Shown piece by piece: positions 49,691 to 64,000 of a DNA stretch of 64,000 nucleotides (its first letter is position 1; each line of letters opens with the position of its first letter). The stretch lies in assembly GCA_050084515.1 (NCBI GenBank), contig CM114271.1, positions 15,748,001-15,812,000 of the forward strand, given 5' to 3'. The stretch comes from Blasia pusilla (taxonomy: Eukaryota). The notes beneath the pieces are model-generated. The model was not told the origin of the DNA. It worked only from the letters and a program-made list of their open reading frames with translations, and searched no databases. The translations under genes and the position numbers were made by a program.

Positions 49691-52600
49691 GTGTGTTCAT
49701 AAATAATACAACCGCACTCTAAAGAGTCCAAACCTCCATAAATTTATGATTTTTTATACCTACTTAAGAAGTGATATGGCCACCAATAAAGGGCCCCAAT
49801 ACAGAATAAAAGAAGCCCCCAATTCCCTCTATAAAGTCAATCTTGTACTCAATCTTGCCCCAAATTTGGCTCCAATCTCCACTACAACATCACTATGTGT
49901 ATCCATAGTCTCTCCTTCTCTTCTCTCTTTCTTCTCCTCTAGGGCAGTCTCAACCCCAATTTGAACATAATTGAATTTATATATTATTTATCGCTAAATT
50001 GAGATACACGAATTTGAACATAATTGAAAATTTCTTTTAAATTTTCAATTTTCATCTAAAATTTTAAATGGGAAAATAGAAAAATCAAAATAAAATCACT
50101 TTCTTTGATCCTTTTTTCTTTCTTTCAAAATATAGGTTAAACTTCCCTCCCAACCAAGCTTAAAATTTTGAAATAATTTCTTCAGAAGAAAATAATATTT
50201 TTCCCAAGATAATATTAAATTTTCTACTCAAAATAGAATTGATAATAAAAATTTAGCCATTAATTATAAATATTTTTAAAAAATTAAATTTTAAGCTTTT
50301 AAAATGGGAAAAAACAATGAACATGAGTAAGACGTAGGAACACTAAATGAAAATTGGGAATTTTTTATAAAATATGAATGAAATTTTCTTGAAAGCTTTT
50401 TTAATATAACTATCCAAACCTTTTTCCGCAATCCCCATTCTACTTATAATTTAATATATGGTAAGATTCAAAATAAATTCAAGAGACCTGATCAGCTTAA
50501 TACATAATGTTCATTCTTAATTGAGTGAACTAAAATAAAAAATATGGTATTTAAATTTTTTTAATTAGTTAATATAGATTTTTTTTGGAAAATAAATGAG
50601 TTTTTCCATCATTAAATTTGGAAATTTCAAATGAATTCCATGATATCTTTCATGAAAGTTATAAATTTATTTATGATATTTAAATTAAATTTAGCAAACT
50701 TCCGATTTTTTTTATTCAAAATTTCTTAAGTGTAAGTATTTAGTGCATTTCATTGAATGTGAAATGCTTTATGAGTAGGGTTTTTTTTTTTAAACTCTCA
50801 AGGAAATACGAAAGCATTCCCTAAAAGGGAAGGAGGCAAGAAAGGTAAAAAGAATTTGGCAAGAAGCCAACACAAAAACCAACTCAGCGAGCTATACCAC
50901 TAATCTCTTAAAAAAATTAGACACAAATGAGAGTGGTTGGTCATAAATGAACGACGAGATGAGTGGCTACCATCCACTATGGCTTCAATCGCTTGACATA
51001 TCATTATCAATGCTTGTGCACGTTATAATACTACTCAAATGTATTATAAAAAAATAAGTAGTGACAACAAAGAGAAAAGGACTACAAGAAGGGGTGAGAT
51101 AGTAATTCTCAAGGGAATAGTGACTACATTTTTCAAGAAAGTATTAAAAAAACCCTTAAGTGTCCAAAAACTTCCACTACAAATTCAAGGAATAAATCCA
51201 CCGGTCAAATATCTTGCACCATAACTTAACTCATTGATTCTTGATGTTGTATTGGCCGCGGAACCATGACTATGTACAACCTGAATTTATCCAATACACC
51301 AAGTCAGAGCATTCGGATCAATTACCACTAGACCCAAAAGCCACCTTGGTTAATAATATAGTTAACTCATTGATGAAAGTTTTCTTGTATAATTGAAGGA
51401 CAAACAAGTGGATGTTCTTGCCCAATGATGCACCTTACAACATAAGCCACTCATACTATTGCCTCTTTGATCATAATATGGGTCATCATTCATTCTCCAT
51501 CATGTGCATATCAGAGAACATGGATACCCTTTGCGTTAATGAGCTCCTTACATAAACAATTAGACGCATCTAGAAGTGAAAAATAAGGAACTCCATAATG
51601 CAAGCTATCAAGAATACACTCCATAAAAGAAAAAATAGAAGGATAAGAGGATTTTCAATCAGCCAAGCCCCCACTCTTATACACGCATATGAACGAGCAT
51701 ATGAACACACACGGGCTCAATGAGTAACAGAGATTGCCTCAGGGAGTGTTGGAAAATTTTATTTGGCTCCAAAAACCATGCTTGATAACCCATATGTTGA
51801 TGAGCATGGAGTACAAAGAAAATGCTCTCGTAAAGATCCCCGTGTCAAGTTTTTAGTCAAATCCATTAAATAGTCTTCCACAAAAGATTGTGTATTACCA
51901 CTTGAAGAATGGTGAAGAGCTTCTAAGACTGCCATTGTATCAGGACTTAGAATTTCTAGTCCAAGAGAAAGACGTGCAAATCCTTGAGCTACTTATGAAA
52001 ACTCTCCAATTTGCCCCAAAATTACACATATGGAGGATGTTAGTAAATTTAAGATCATCTACGATTGGCATGCTAAATGGGATGAGTCATTGCCAAGACC
52101 TATGTTGCTTGAAGTAAATGTTTATTTTGAAGATTCTCCCATATTGAATGCTCAAACATGTGCGTTAAATACAAAGAAGGTTTTGTTATGAGTGGATGAC
52201 GGATTGCACCTTTCTTTGGAGTGAGAACTAAAACCCATTCGTGAAAGATTAATAAAATATATCAAGTATTGATGTTTGTGGGATCACGCAATAACCTCTC
52301 TAATAGGAAAAAAATGCTTCTTGGCTTATGGGATGAAGAGCATTGGGAATAAATATGCATAATATAGGACAAGGGAGATGAAAATGGAATGAGTGAAGGA
52401 GATCGATTTGACTTAACCATATCGGATTCCACATAATTATCAGAGTCATCGCTATAACTTCGAATAAGGGAGGGGGTGTATCAAGCTAGAGATTGAAGGC
52501 CTTTACATGGATGAACAATAATACTAAAATCTTTTGATCCTAGTAGGAGAAAAAATTTACCACATGGTATGCGAGGAATCTTATGTAGAAGAAGAAGGAT

Positions 52601-52738
52601 TACATATAATAGGAAGAAAAGGGAGGTGATAATAGATCACAATGTGAATAAAGTGAGTTAGGGAAGGACGTGGGAGGAGGAAGAAAATAAGGGTTAAAGG
52701 TAGAAAAGATGAGAGTTGGAAGCAAGTGTTTAGATGAG

Positions 52739-53536
52739 CAAGGTTGCACGGAAATAGGCATGTCTGTCCATGTAGCGAACATGCCCAACGGGTTCTTTTC
52801 CCGGGTTTTTTTTTGTACCCCAATGGCCCGCGCAGGCTCGAGATGCGGGAATGGGTGCGGGCTGATATTAAGGGAGACAAGCATGAATCAATGCATACGT
52901 AGCCTGCACCGCCCGCCTTAAGTTTGCACTGGCTCGCATAAGGCCCACGACCAGGCCCACAAGGCAAGCTTGGTCCTGGGCCCTATGAGGGTGTGCTCCA
53001 AGCCAATGGAGGCTTAGGGCGGGTCAGTGCGGGCTACAAAACAGGTTGCAAGAATTAGCAACGGGTTCGTAGACAAGCTGCGGGTGGGCCAAGCCTGGAT
53101 CTATGTTGTGGGAGAGGTGTATTCAGGTGTACGCCACCAAGGTTGCATGTGGACAAAGTCCGTGTCCATGGACTTATGCCCGTCATATGGAAGGACTTGT
53201 CCGTTTAGGGCCCAGCTTTCCCTTTTTTCTCATTCCCCTTACTTGCCTTTGTGTTCCATACTCCCCCATTTCTTCCTCCCTCCATCTCCACTCCCTCCTC
53301 CCTCATTCTTCCTGTCATCCTTGCTTTGCCTTCTATCGTGGACTAAAATTATGGGTCCCACCTCTTGGAACCCTTGTCCGTCCATGTCCGTCCTAGGGAA
53401 GGACTCGTCCATTTTTGTGCAACCATGCACGCCATGGATATCCAGGCCCATACAGACATGTACGTCCTAGGGATGGCGATAAGTCCACGGACATGGACAT
53501 GTCCAAGGACACGGACTTTCTTCATGTGCAACCTTG
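52739..53536. mobile_element. MITE-like element (CAAGGTTGCAC TIRs), possibly composite
   Basis: caaggttgcac at 52739, gtgcaaccttg ending at 53536, a third TIR copy at ~53138 and GGACATGTCC motifs. Confidence 0.7.
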
Positions 53537-56500
53537 CAAGTGATATATGTTAAAATGGAAAAGTAGTAGGATTGAGTAGTAATGGATAGAGATTATGATT
53601 AGGGGGATGTGATGGAGAGAGGACGAGAGCAAGAAATATAGAGAGCAAAATGAGTGTATCAATATCAAGAGGAAAATAGCAAGATCTACGATGAGGAGAT
53701 AGAGAAAGCACGGGAAGACGTTTGGGCTGAACTTTTGAAGGAGGGCATATAAAACTAGGTTAGTAAGAAGATGGATTTAGATGTAACTAGATATATATAT
53801 TTGATTCAAGACAATTGGAAACATAATAAAGTGAAAGTATTAGGATAAGAACTACAATGAGAGGAGTGGGATCCATAAAGAACAAATTTAGATGAAAAAA
53901 ATTATTGTCATAAAAAAGTAGAAGTAAATCATATTAAGAAGAATAAAAAGCAATTAAACTTGCAAAAAAGAGAATCATCCTATATTGTATCAAAATTATG
54001 ACTTTAAAATATTAATCTAGACTTCCTTCAAAGACATTAAGTGTTGATAAACTAAAAAAGACGTGTGAGAGGAATTAACGTAAAAAAAAACTCATACACT
54101 TTCACGTATAATGAAGAAAAAATTACCCAAAAATCCACTTAAAATGATAAGAATCAACTTACCAAGAAAATCCTAACAAGAGTAAAAAGACCAATTACAC
54201 CCAAAACTTATAAAAAAAATAACCAAAGAAATTGGAAATTCCAAAAAAGGATGTGAGAGTAGAAAATGAAGTTTGTCCACCCGATCATTAATATAAAGGA
54301 ATAAGATCATTAATAGTTAGGCTCGACATATAACAAAAGATTTCGAAAAGTAAGAGGAACTTTTTGATGTCATTGAACCTTTAGTCGCACTATGGAAAGT
54401 GCACACTACATGAATTTGCCGTTAGGAACCAGGTCCTATATGAGTATATTCACTATACGAGGATATCCAAAGATTTTGATAACTTTCAAAGTGGCAAATT
54501 CAAACATAAGCGGAAAAAGTATAAAATTAAAACTTGAAAGATGAACAAATTGAATGTAGGATTTAAAAGATTAGAATAAGAATGGAAAAGATACTAGCAA
54601 TACAATCTACTATTTTTTTCCAATGTTCCCTTCCTCCCCACAAAGTACCTTCCATGTTATTAAAAGTATCAACGTTTCTAATACAATTTTTTCTCATTTG
54701 TATTTTTCATATGATCCTATTTTATTCTCTTAAATATTTTTTAAGATCATTAATTTTTTGAATGAGATAATAAAAATTCACATTTAACTTTTTTCTTAAA
54801 AATGGTTTCGCCTTTTATCATCAAATTTAATTATTCTACGAGAAAAAAAATTAACGTAATTTTTTAAAAAAATTACTTTCTTATTTTTTTTTCTTTTTTA
54901 AATTACTGCGTGAATGAGTGGGATATTGTCGTAAGAAGAGGTGCCAAGCGAGGGTTTAGGGTAGAGGTGCCAAGCGAGGGTTTCTGTAAATGACGACAGC
55001 TTCGTGGAGTAACCAGAAATGAAATGAAATCACTGCTGTTATCGCTCGGACCTTTCCTCGCGGTCAAACTGTACACTCGGAAGAATCTCCTGACAGTCTT
55101 GGTTCTTCTGTAGTGCTGTGTCGCATGGAACTCTGGAACATTCAACTACGGTACTCGAGATGCATAAAGGGACTTGCATCATGAATTCAGGTCGATTAAG
55201 GATCAGAACCATCGATATCACTTACCTTTCAAAAGAAAATGCCATTGAGAGAGGAAAAGTTCGAGCAGCGCTCGGAGAAAATGTCAAAAGTGCAATGGTT
55301 CTGAACCGAAGTTTGAAATCCCATTTGTGAATATCGTCACATTAAAGCGTTTCTGAAGTTCGAAAGTCCTTTTTTTCTCTGGCCGGATGCGTCGTTCCTC
55401 TAATTGAAATGATACATAACCAAGCAGACCGACCTCAATTCTAGAATTAATCTCAAGCGATTTTACTCGAAGAATCTTGGCAAAGGTGTGCTAAAATGGC
55501 CGTGTTCTGAAAATTATTTTGGGATAACCCCCGAATAGGCTTCAATTATCATTAAATTCTATTTTCAACAGCCAGGGTACTATAGTGAAGTATTCACTCA
55601 TTTGAACTAAACAGAAACCTCCACTTCATGATTTTGCGTAGATACCACAAGAAAAAAAACACTGGACGTCCCGATCAGATTCCCCAAGGCATAATTAACC
55701 ACGTACAGCTGCAGGCACATCCAATCCGCAAGACAACACTCGTCGAGTACTCTAGGACTGGAGGATACAGACTTGTATAGCACCCAAACAAGTTTTATTG
55801 ATCTGCCATTTCAGTACAAGACGATTGTCAATCGCATGCCTCATATGTCAGTTTCCAAGGCAGAATTTATTGAATCTATTCGAGATGTAATGCAATCATC
55901 TCATCCCGGCGAACAGGATCTTCGTAAATCTTGCCGCTTCTAACGTGCGTGAAGCTCGTCCGATCCTACTGGGAAATCACCACCCGTTGAATCAGATAAT
56001 CTCGTCTACCTCTCAACAAATACCTTCCGTAAATGCAGGTCGACCTGTACAGTGAAATTAGAACTGGTGGTGTGCGATACTTCCTCCAGCTGATTTCTAG
56101 CTTCAATGAATCCCCAGCGCTTTCTCTGTCATCTTCATCTGTCTCAGGGCAGCATCGAGACCTCTCCGTTACAAAGAAGAATCATAATCGGCAATGTGGG
56201 CCGCAAAACTGCTTCCCTCTCAGCTGCCACTTCTCAGTCTTAGACTTGCAAGAAGAACAGCAAATATCTACCCAGATTTAATTGAATGCCTCTCCAATCT
56301 CCTCCAGGTTCACACAAAGAAAACAGAAATTCTAGCTTCAAAATTGTAGGGTTGATAGATTCGGGGTCTCGTTTCCTTGCACCGTTCGTTTTCTGGAGGA
56401 TTCTGAGTGTCAAGATTCTCACATCTATCCCGCAAAAATGCCTGCACTGTCTGCGTCGCAATAAGCCTCGGTCCCAATTTCCTTTGTTTCATTTTTAAAA

Positions 56501-56605
56501 AAATGGAACTGGCCAGAGCTTTTTGATGTTCAGTGCTTACAAAGGGCCTATTATAACACATATATTAAATATACACGTATGGAAAGAACGTGAATTGCTA
56601 CTCAA

Positions 56606-59532
56606 TCATGAACAAGTGCTAATTGGGTAAGGCAAGGAGAGGGTGTTGAAGGGGCTTATGCCAGAATCCAAAAGGGGGACTCCCTGGTCCGTCATTTCTT
56701 GTGGCGTAGGATTTATTGGGAGATACGGAAACGTAATATCTGAGTGGAAGAACATCCGATCCAAATTGGAAGCGGTTCCGAAGGTGAGATCTTCAGGCTG
56801 ATCGACAATAAGCATCTCCTGATGATCAAAAACTTTTCTCACTTCTTCCTGGAAACTTAATTCGCATTGCTCGTGTTTCACGTCGATCAAGTCCATCGGA
56901 ATATCAGGAATTTGATCCATGATTCGCTCATTCGTACTTCCTGATCCGGGGCACGATGCTCTCTCTAGCATCTGCTTGAACATTGATGATTGAAGCAAAA
57001 GACCAAGGGCTGTTGGGGTAGCGGAGCTCTTAGCCTGACCAGCAGCATTTGCAAGTTGATTGTAACCTTGATCAGGACCACATGCTTGAGACGTCGACGT
57101 ATCCCAAACTGTACTCTGGAGGGACTGGTCCTTGTCAGTGCCTGCTGGAGGAAACCGGTGAAGAGAATCTGACAAATGAGGTAATGAAGTAGCTTTCTGG
57201 TCCACACTGGAGGCGATAATCCCCAGACTTGAGGTCTGATCAGGATTGAAAACGTTTGAGCCTGCTGCGTGTGGTTGCCCGGGACGTAGCCAGCGTATAT
57301 AGCGACTCAGATCAAAGTTTGTCACAGCGTTCAGGCCCCGGTATTCGATAGCTGCCATATCATAAGCCGCAGCCGCCTCTTCCTGTGTGCCTACGTGAAA
57401 TGAAATGCTCGACGTTACCAAATAATTCAGAAGTCGTATCACTCAATTTTTATTCCATTATGTAAATACGCGATGTAGGGTCTTTGTTAAGGTGGTACAT
57501 ATTCACACAATCTCGGCTGAAAATCATTACTTGAATACAAAAAGTTAATCACGCCTATGATTGATTCGACCATCACGCCTATCATTGATCGGGATCTTAC
57601 TGTAGGTGCCGAGGTACAGATATTTATTGCCGAATATGCGCCCTATGCGTGCTTCCCACCGTCCATTGTGGTGATGTCTGGAGAAATACAAGAACTGTCA
57701 GATCTGCATACTGGAACTGTAGCATCGTAATTTGAGCAGTTTTGACAATCAACAGATCCCGGGATTGCATTGACTGTTCAATGCATTTCTCAGGGAATTG
57801 ACGGGATGTCCATTGCAGGCATCTCACCTCGCGACACCACGGTACTTGGATACTCCCCGAGAAAATCCGCTACTTTTCCTGCACAATTGGAGGCAAAAGA
57901 AGATTGCAAAGGAGTCTCAGGCGCACGAACACTGGAGAAAATCGATACAAAGGATCTAGGAGAAAGCCTACAGTTCACCAAATTGACGTTTCTTCTATAG
58001 ATAGTGTACCTTCGGAGCGACGCGAGGTACTCTTCTTTCGACACATCTCTCATGGTCTCCAACTCTTTGGTATAGTCCGACACCTTCATGACCAACGTAC
58101 TTGATCAGGTTAGGTCACGCAATGATAAATCTAGCAGTAAGAGGTGCGATTCTTGACGATTCAAAACATGATGAGAACCCAACGACTGCCTTCATGACCT
58201 TATTCTGACCTAGTCGTCGTCGAGTTTCTTTTGACTAGGAGAAAAACTTCAGCAATTGAACTTACAGGAAAATTGATGATGGTCCCAGGTCCCCAGTACT
58301 TCAGTGCAGCCAAGTCGTAGGCACGGGCTGCGGCTTCCTCTTCATCATATGCACCTGAACCATGATCCATACAATTGCCAGGTCAGTTATATATGTTGAA
58401 GTGCGCGCAAAACCCACGCTGCATACGTTGATGCGGGAGTCTGAAATAAATATCAAACAACATTTTCATCGACTATGGTGCACGCGGAAAATAGTACGTG
58501 TCAGAAACTCACCAAGATAAACTGATAAAACCGAAGGAGTAGACATAGGCAGAACATCGGCCACCCCATATGTGTGCGCAAATGTGGAAACCAGAATTCA
58601 AGTTAGAGACTGTTCATATGCACTACTCCAGAGAACCCGCGGAATTGAAAGGGGTTAGCTCTTGCTCAAGACGCCTCTATCGCTTGTTTGGAACACTAGT
58701 GCCAAGTACCCTAGGTAATTAAGAAGCTGCAAGATGGATGGACTTTCGACTAGTTTACATAGCCCGAGAGGTCTAGAGAGCATAGCACAGCGCTGATGAC
58801 TAAATGCTGCCGCGAGTGTAACTTCATCAACAATACCTTGCCTGCCTTTCTTCATCTGAGTTTGATTCCAACAGCTCTTGTCCCATAAGTGTGCTTCATA
58901 TCTTCCAGTCCATCTATGCCTGTCGACCATTAGATGACCATGATATCAGTCTTGTGACAACCACCAACTGTTGAACCCGATTCCCCAGATTTGTCGACCA
59001 TGTATGCATTCAGTGCACAAGACTTCCAGATTACTTTGAAATGTTGTGAAGAACTCGGTATAGCTCAAGACACTACGTTCGAAGTAGATCATATAATAAC
59101 TGCCACACTGCTGAGGTCACGTTCAAACTTAGCCAATATGAAACACACGAGTAAAATAAGGAATACAATGCCGGCGGATGCCTGATCGACCACAAACAGT
59201 ACGAGATTCCAATCCGTTATAGCTTCCAAATGGCATGACTAGCGTGCACCCCAATTTTCAGCTCTGATTTGTGCACCACCTTCCGGTGGTGCATAAATAT
59301 ATACGCCCTGTGAGATACCTGAAACGTACCGTGTGACCCCTCTGTAGATGGAGCTCCGACGGCTTGGAGTGTTTGGTGCCTTATTCGCTCTTTCTTTCGT
59401 TGCGACTCGCCGTGTCCGTCTTCCTTTCTGCACCTCCTGTGGTGCGGGCGCAGGTGTACTTGCAATAATTGTATTTAGATCCGTGCTTGTGCAGTCAATT
59501 TGCAATGCAGGGGCTGCCCGATCTTGAGACAT
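56606..59532 (-). CDS. WRI1-like: AP2-family transcription factor with two AP2 domains, WRINKLED1/basal-ANT-like; exons 59532-59330, 58919-58837, 58521-58513, 58354-58266, 58083-58010, 57878-57828, 57677-57601, 57390-56606 (~456 aa; true start may lie further upstream)
   Basis: All introns are GT-AG and phases are consistent (1371 nt). The spliced protein reads [62 protein letters not shown]...[82 protein letters not shown], with a C-terminal [16 protein letters not shown] motif. Confidence 0.95.
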
Positions 59533-62500
59533 GTTTACGAGTAGAGTTTTCGTTCCTTTCTCTTCTATCAAGGCCCCCTGTTGCGCTGCAGACAGTGTGA
59601 TGTGTGTCCCCAATTCTCCCAATCGAACCCTACCTTCCACCAACTATAATGCGCAAGTGAGAACCGGGCAATTGAGCTTGTTAAAGACCTCTGGAGAGAT
59701 AACTTGTCTTTTCGTTTCAAGTACCTTCCGGGAAAGAAAGTGCACTCGATTTCTCGTCCACTGGAAAGAACTATAACTCTATTTCTCAAAGGGAGGAAAA
59801 AGATCAACCTTCTTCTAGGTAGAGAAAAGAATGCCGTAAATTAGGGAGAGTTCGAATGTGACGAAGCACTGGAATGGGTTTCGGACTGTAGAGTCAAAAC
59901 GGAACTCGAAATCGCACATGCAAAGCTTGATGCCGATGAGGACGTGGCTTAGGTGCGCCACGCTGCGAACTTAAAAATTGGCAGATACGAGACTAAAACA
60001 GCTACTCGTTGAAAGCGATAGCGCATACGAGTAAAGCTAGGTCAAGTCCATTGATCGAGATATCGTTGATATCTACTTTTGATCGAATTGACAGCCAAGC
60101 TACAGCCTCGAGAATATAGAAGTTCTCGCGGTCGAGAAGTCAATTCAAAGTTTGGAAGTACTGTCAAATGCAAATCAATTGATAGGGAGAGCCTCGATCG
60201 AACAACGAACCTTACCAACAAGAATCAGCTCCCCCCCTTCAATTACAAAATCTCCTACGATTACACAGGAATCGTATTTCTTAACGGACTCTCGAAACAC
60301 TAAGAAACCAGTCTTACGGATCGGGTGCTCCAAGTCCCCTAACAGCTCTCCGGACTCTTGATCAAGCAACTCATTCACTGACTCACGAAGTCTTCTTCAA
60401 TACTTTGCGAAAAGAGTAACGTCTACACGAGAACTGACAACCCGCCCCGGAGTAATTCCATGCAAAAGTGGAAACCAAACCCCAGAGAGAATAGCGTCCT
60501 CACTGGTCAAACACTAGAGCAAGAAAAGCTTTCTCCCGGGCGTGGAGCAAGGCTGCGAGTCCTGAACAGGGTGAAAGACCGCACTCCAAGGAGAAGGCCG
60601 GAATGATCACGAGTGGAGATGAGCGGAACGGAGGGTAGACTAGCTCCTGGCAGAGAGATTCAGGAAGATTGGCGCGGAACAGTGATATAGACCGGTCCAC
60701 CGGGATAATGGGAGCCTGCACTACACGACGTACCCCTGTATCACGTACACGATGGTTGTAACACTCGGAAATTAGCGGGCGCTAACTACATCCACGTAAA
60801 TAATCACGGGATTGTCAACTGCGTAGTACTACTTACCCCTCCCAACCAACACTTTACCCACCTTGCATGCATGTACCTACGCCGAACCTAGCTGGGCTCC
60901 AGCACTACCTCACCGTAATTGTAAGGAGCTAGGATGATAGGACATCGTATGGCTCGTATTACTCCACGTGTTATAGGTTATCGCGCATCATGCATACCGT
61001 TGCTTCTACTTTTCAATATACGATCCTCATCACCCAGCTAATAATATTCGATCTTCTTTATCTGGGAAGAAACGATGTAGTTGTAATTCTAACCCAACGT
61101 AGCTCCACTTACGGCTCGTCACTACATTAGGCTATGCTGGGTTATTGTACTGGTTCAAAGCTACGAATCCTCATAGTTTCCTAGATTGTTATCAATTTCA
61201 GTTTGACTTTAGTCACCTCTGGAAACATGCATACTCTTCATAATTACCAATACAGATCGGTTGGAACTTGGAAGCAGAGACCGGGGACGTACACCTACCC
61301 CTTACCGGAGGTCCGAATATGGTCCTCCGTTATTTGTTGGATTTTGGCATCTCTTGGCGGTTTATTGAGGCTCGGGGTTACAAGCACCCATCCCTTCGAG
61401 ACCTTCGGTGCGGGGCCTTCCTCTGATTCCTCGAGTTCTGCGTAAGTACCTACCGCTGCAGGGAACTGGAGCGTGCCAGGCATGGAAGGCACATCGGCAA
61501 TCTATGCATGCGCAACACCATGGAATTGTGGGTCCCAGAATCGGGGTACGTACTACGTGCTCCCGTATCAGACAGTCCCGACTCCCTACCTGTCCCTCCC
61601 CACCACTGTTAGTGAAGCTCTATACTTGAACCGTTACTTGGACGCATGAGACCTCAGAATCAGACAGTCCTTCCCCCGAACATTGACGCCCAGTCCCAAG
61701 AGTCCCAATCATACACACCGGGGACCAGCGGGGCTGCGGGGGAGCCGGGGAACGGGAAAACGGGATGTTAGCTAACGATTACAAAATGTACTCTCCCCCG
61801 CAGTAAATTCACGTGTGTGAGTTTCAGTGCGAGCATGTTCCTGGCCTAACGATCGCTTATTCAAGGCTTGACTGGGACCCATGCGTCGCATTGCAGGCCA
61901 GGCCAGTCCAAGACTCCAACTTACACCGTCTTCCTCACTGCTGGGACCTGAGGGCAGAGATCTTTAATACAGACAATACACAGTCTCGATCACTGGAATA
62001 GCAATTCCTTTTAAGAGGCAGTCCTATCCGTCGGCCCCCGATTTTAAGGTTTCTCGTCTTCGAGGAATAATGAACTTCCATAAAAACGCTTGATGGAAAA
62101 CCCATCAGAGATTAAAAAACCCGGCCCTGAAAAGAAAGAAGGGGCCTTTCTCGTGTTGGAGGAACGATATCATGGGACGTATCCGCCACGGGTTCATAGA
62201 ACCCAGTTTCGAAATAATCATCCCCCTTTTGCAAGTGCATATTATGATCGGCCCCTAAAAGGTGAATTCTATTCAATCACCCCCTAATCTGTCGGTGGTA
62301 AACTCAATCACCCTCCAATCGGCTTATTCCCGTCCGCGTACATTTGGCTATCGTAAGCCATTCTTAAACTGAATTATTGCACGCTACAAGGGGAGTATGG
62401 TTTGATTCAAAATATGCACTATGGAAACCGTCGGGACGTTCTTATTCTCTCCTTCCATTGTTGCGGATAAAATGGAAAAAACTTCGCTATAGATGATACT

Positions 62501-62629
62501 TGCGGATAGGACTGCCATGCACATGACTGGATGAGACGGGTTTGTTTTAAATCAGTTAAATGTGATTAATTAATTAGATAGGACAAGTGTTATAATAGGA
62601 GGCCACCTTAAAAGACCAGTCAACTTGTA

Positions 62630-62845
62630 GCCAATGTCCGGGGAGAACCGGGGTTACGTGTTGAGCTGGCTGGAAGAATTTGAGAATTTCCGATTCAGTT
62701 CGTTACTTACCGGCCAAAAAAGAGGGTTCATGGAGGGTGTCCTTCGTATCCGTGTCTATTTAGCCGGCTGGAATGAAGAAAACTTCGAAAAATGCCTCTT
62801 GGATTTGTAGAGACCGAAAACGTACCGGTTGTCACGAAAAAACTC
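62630..62845 (+). repeat. ~190-bp diverged repeat, copy 2 (copy 1 at 48110-48300)
   Basis: Block-wise identity with 48110-48300. Confidence 0.7.
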
Positions 62846-63460
62846 CCTAGACCCTACTTGTAGCATGATAATCGTTGAGATGCATGTCTCTAAGGATAAT
62901 ATAGGTTCTTCTCAGTTTTCAAACCAGGATATCTATATTGTAATTTGATTTGAGGAGGGGGTATTACTTTATTTAATAGCTCCCTTCCCAAAGAAGTGAA
63001 GCCCTCCTTTAAAAGGAAGTCTCTTTTAAAATAGCATGAACACTTGAAAATAGTGGATGAAATCCACTATCCAAAACTTCGGTAAATAAATCAATGATGA
63101 TGCTCGCCAATCTTTTTTTACGTCTCAAACTTGGTAAATAACCTCTCCTATAATATGTTTTCCAATTCAGTAGTAGTCCAAAGTTCATTCGTACATCGCA
63201 CGGGCACCAGCTAGTAAATATTATTTCAAAATCGTCAAGTGCAAGGAACATGTTGTGCACCTATGTGTGTTCACCTTGACGAGCCTCATAAAAAACTAAC
63301 CCACTTATACAAAATCAAGTGAAGAGGTACCGAACATTAGTGTTCAATTCTAATGGTTAACCATGCTTAAAATATGGGCCCCAGCTCTTGCAAACCATGT
63401 CCGTAGACATGTCCAAACTTGTCTTTCCATATCCGTTCTAGGGACAGACTTGTCTAGTGT

Positions 63461-63726
63461 TTTGCAACCATGTTTCATTTTCCTTTCCCATCTCATCTAT
63501 CTTTATGATCCCTTTCGGACCTCTCCCCTTCATTTCATTTCCATCCCCTTCTCTCTGTGATGTGAGTGTTTGGAGATGTGTCACCACATCTCCAAACGTA
63601 CTCTATCTTGTCTCTTCTCTATCAAGTTACTTACATCACATAGAGAAGGGGATGGAAATGTAACCAAGTGGAGAGGGATCATGAAGATACATGAGATGGA
63701 AAAGGAAAATGAAACATGGTTGCAAA
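63461..63726. repeat. Long fold-back inverted repeat (MITE-derived hairpin)
   Basis: 63461-63513 pairs with 63674-63726, and 63536-63567 with 63629-63660. An inner hairpin lies at 63568-63597. Confidence 0.85.
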
Positions 63727-64000
63727 CTGGGAAGTCATTTATAATTTTTTAGTGAATAATAATGCACAAATATCGTGAGTATTTAAGGTGGTTTCTCCGA
63801 GTTTAAATTTTATATCTCTCCTCCAAAAGAAATTTCTTAAAGAACACCCAATTTTGACATATTTTTGTATAATTTTTTCATATTTCCTTCATAATTCTCA
63901 AATTTTACAATCTGATTTTACAAGAAAATACAGATTATTATGCCTAACCATTTTCCTCTTAAAAAAAAACTAATTCTTTCCCAAACTAAAGTATCAGTCA

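Overview
This window is repeat-rich eukaryotic DNA, most likely from a land plant. It holds one intact-looking host gene: a WRINKLED1/basal-ANT-type double-AP2 transcription factor on the minus strand (8 exons, including the 9-nt VYL micro-exon). The rest is decayed transposons and a few CpG-rich islands. The standout system is a Ty3/Gypsy retrotransposon family present as three long copies: A (1-5656, -), B (13412-22607, +) and C (33986-43758, -), plus two short derivatives. In B and C the polyprotein carries a DNMT3-like C5 cytosine methyltransferase domain between protease and reverse transcriptase; A runs off the window edge before that point. In C the integrase ends in a PHD finger. These elements also lack ordinary LTRs. 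Copy C has split direct repeats (A1-internal-PPT-B1-A2-B2) with TG...CA ends, a 4-bp AAGT target duplication and a palindromic B|A junction. That layout is known from tyrosine-recombinase retroelements, but here the integrase is DDE type. All copies are pseudogenised by stops and frameshifts. Also present are a truncated chromovirus-like Gypsy with a tRNA-Met PBS, Copia remnants, MITE-like elements, long palindromes and a (CT)n microsatellite. All alignments and motif calls were made by eye, with no database searches.
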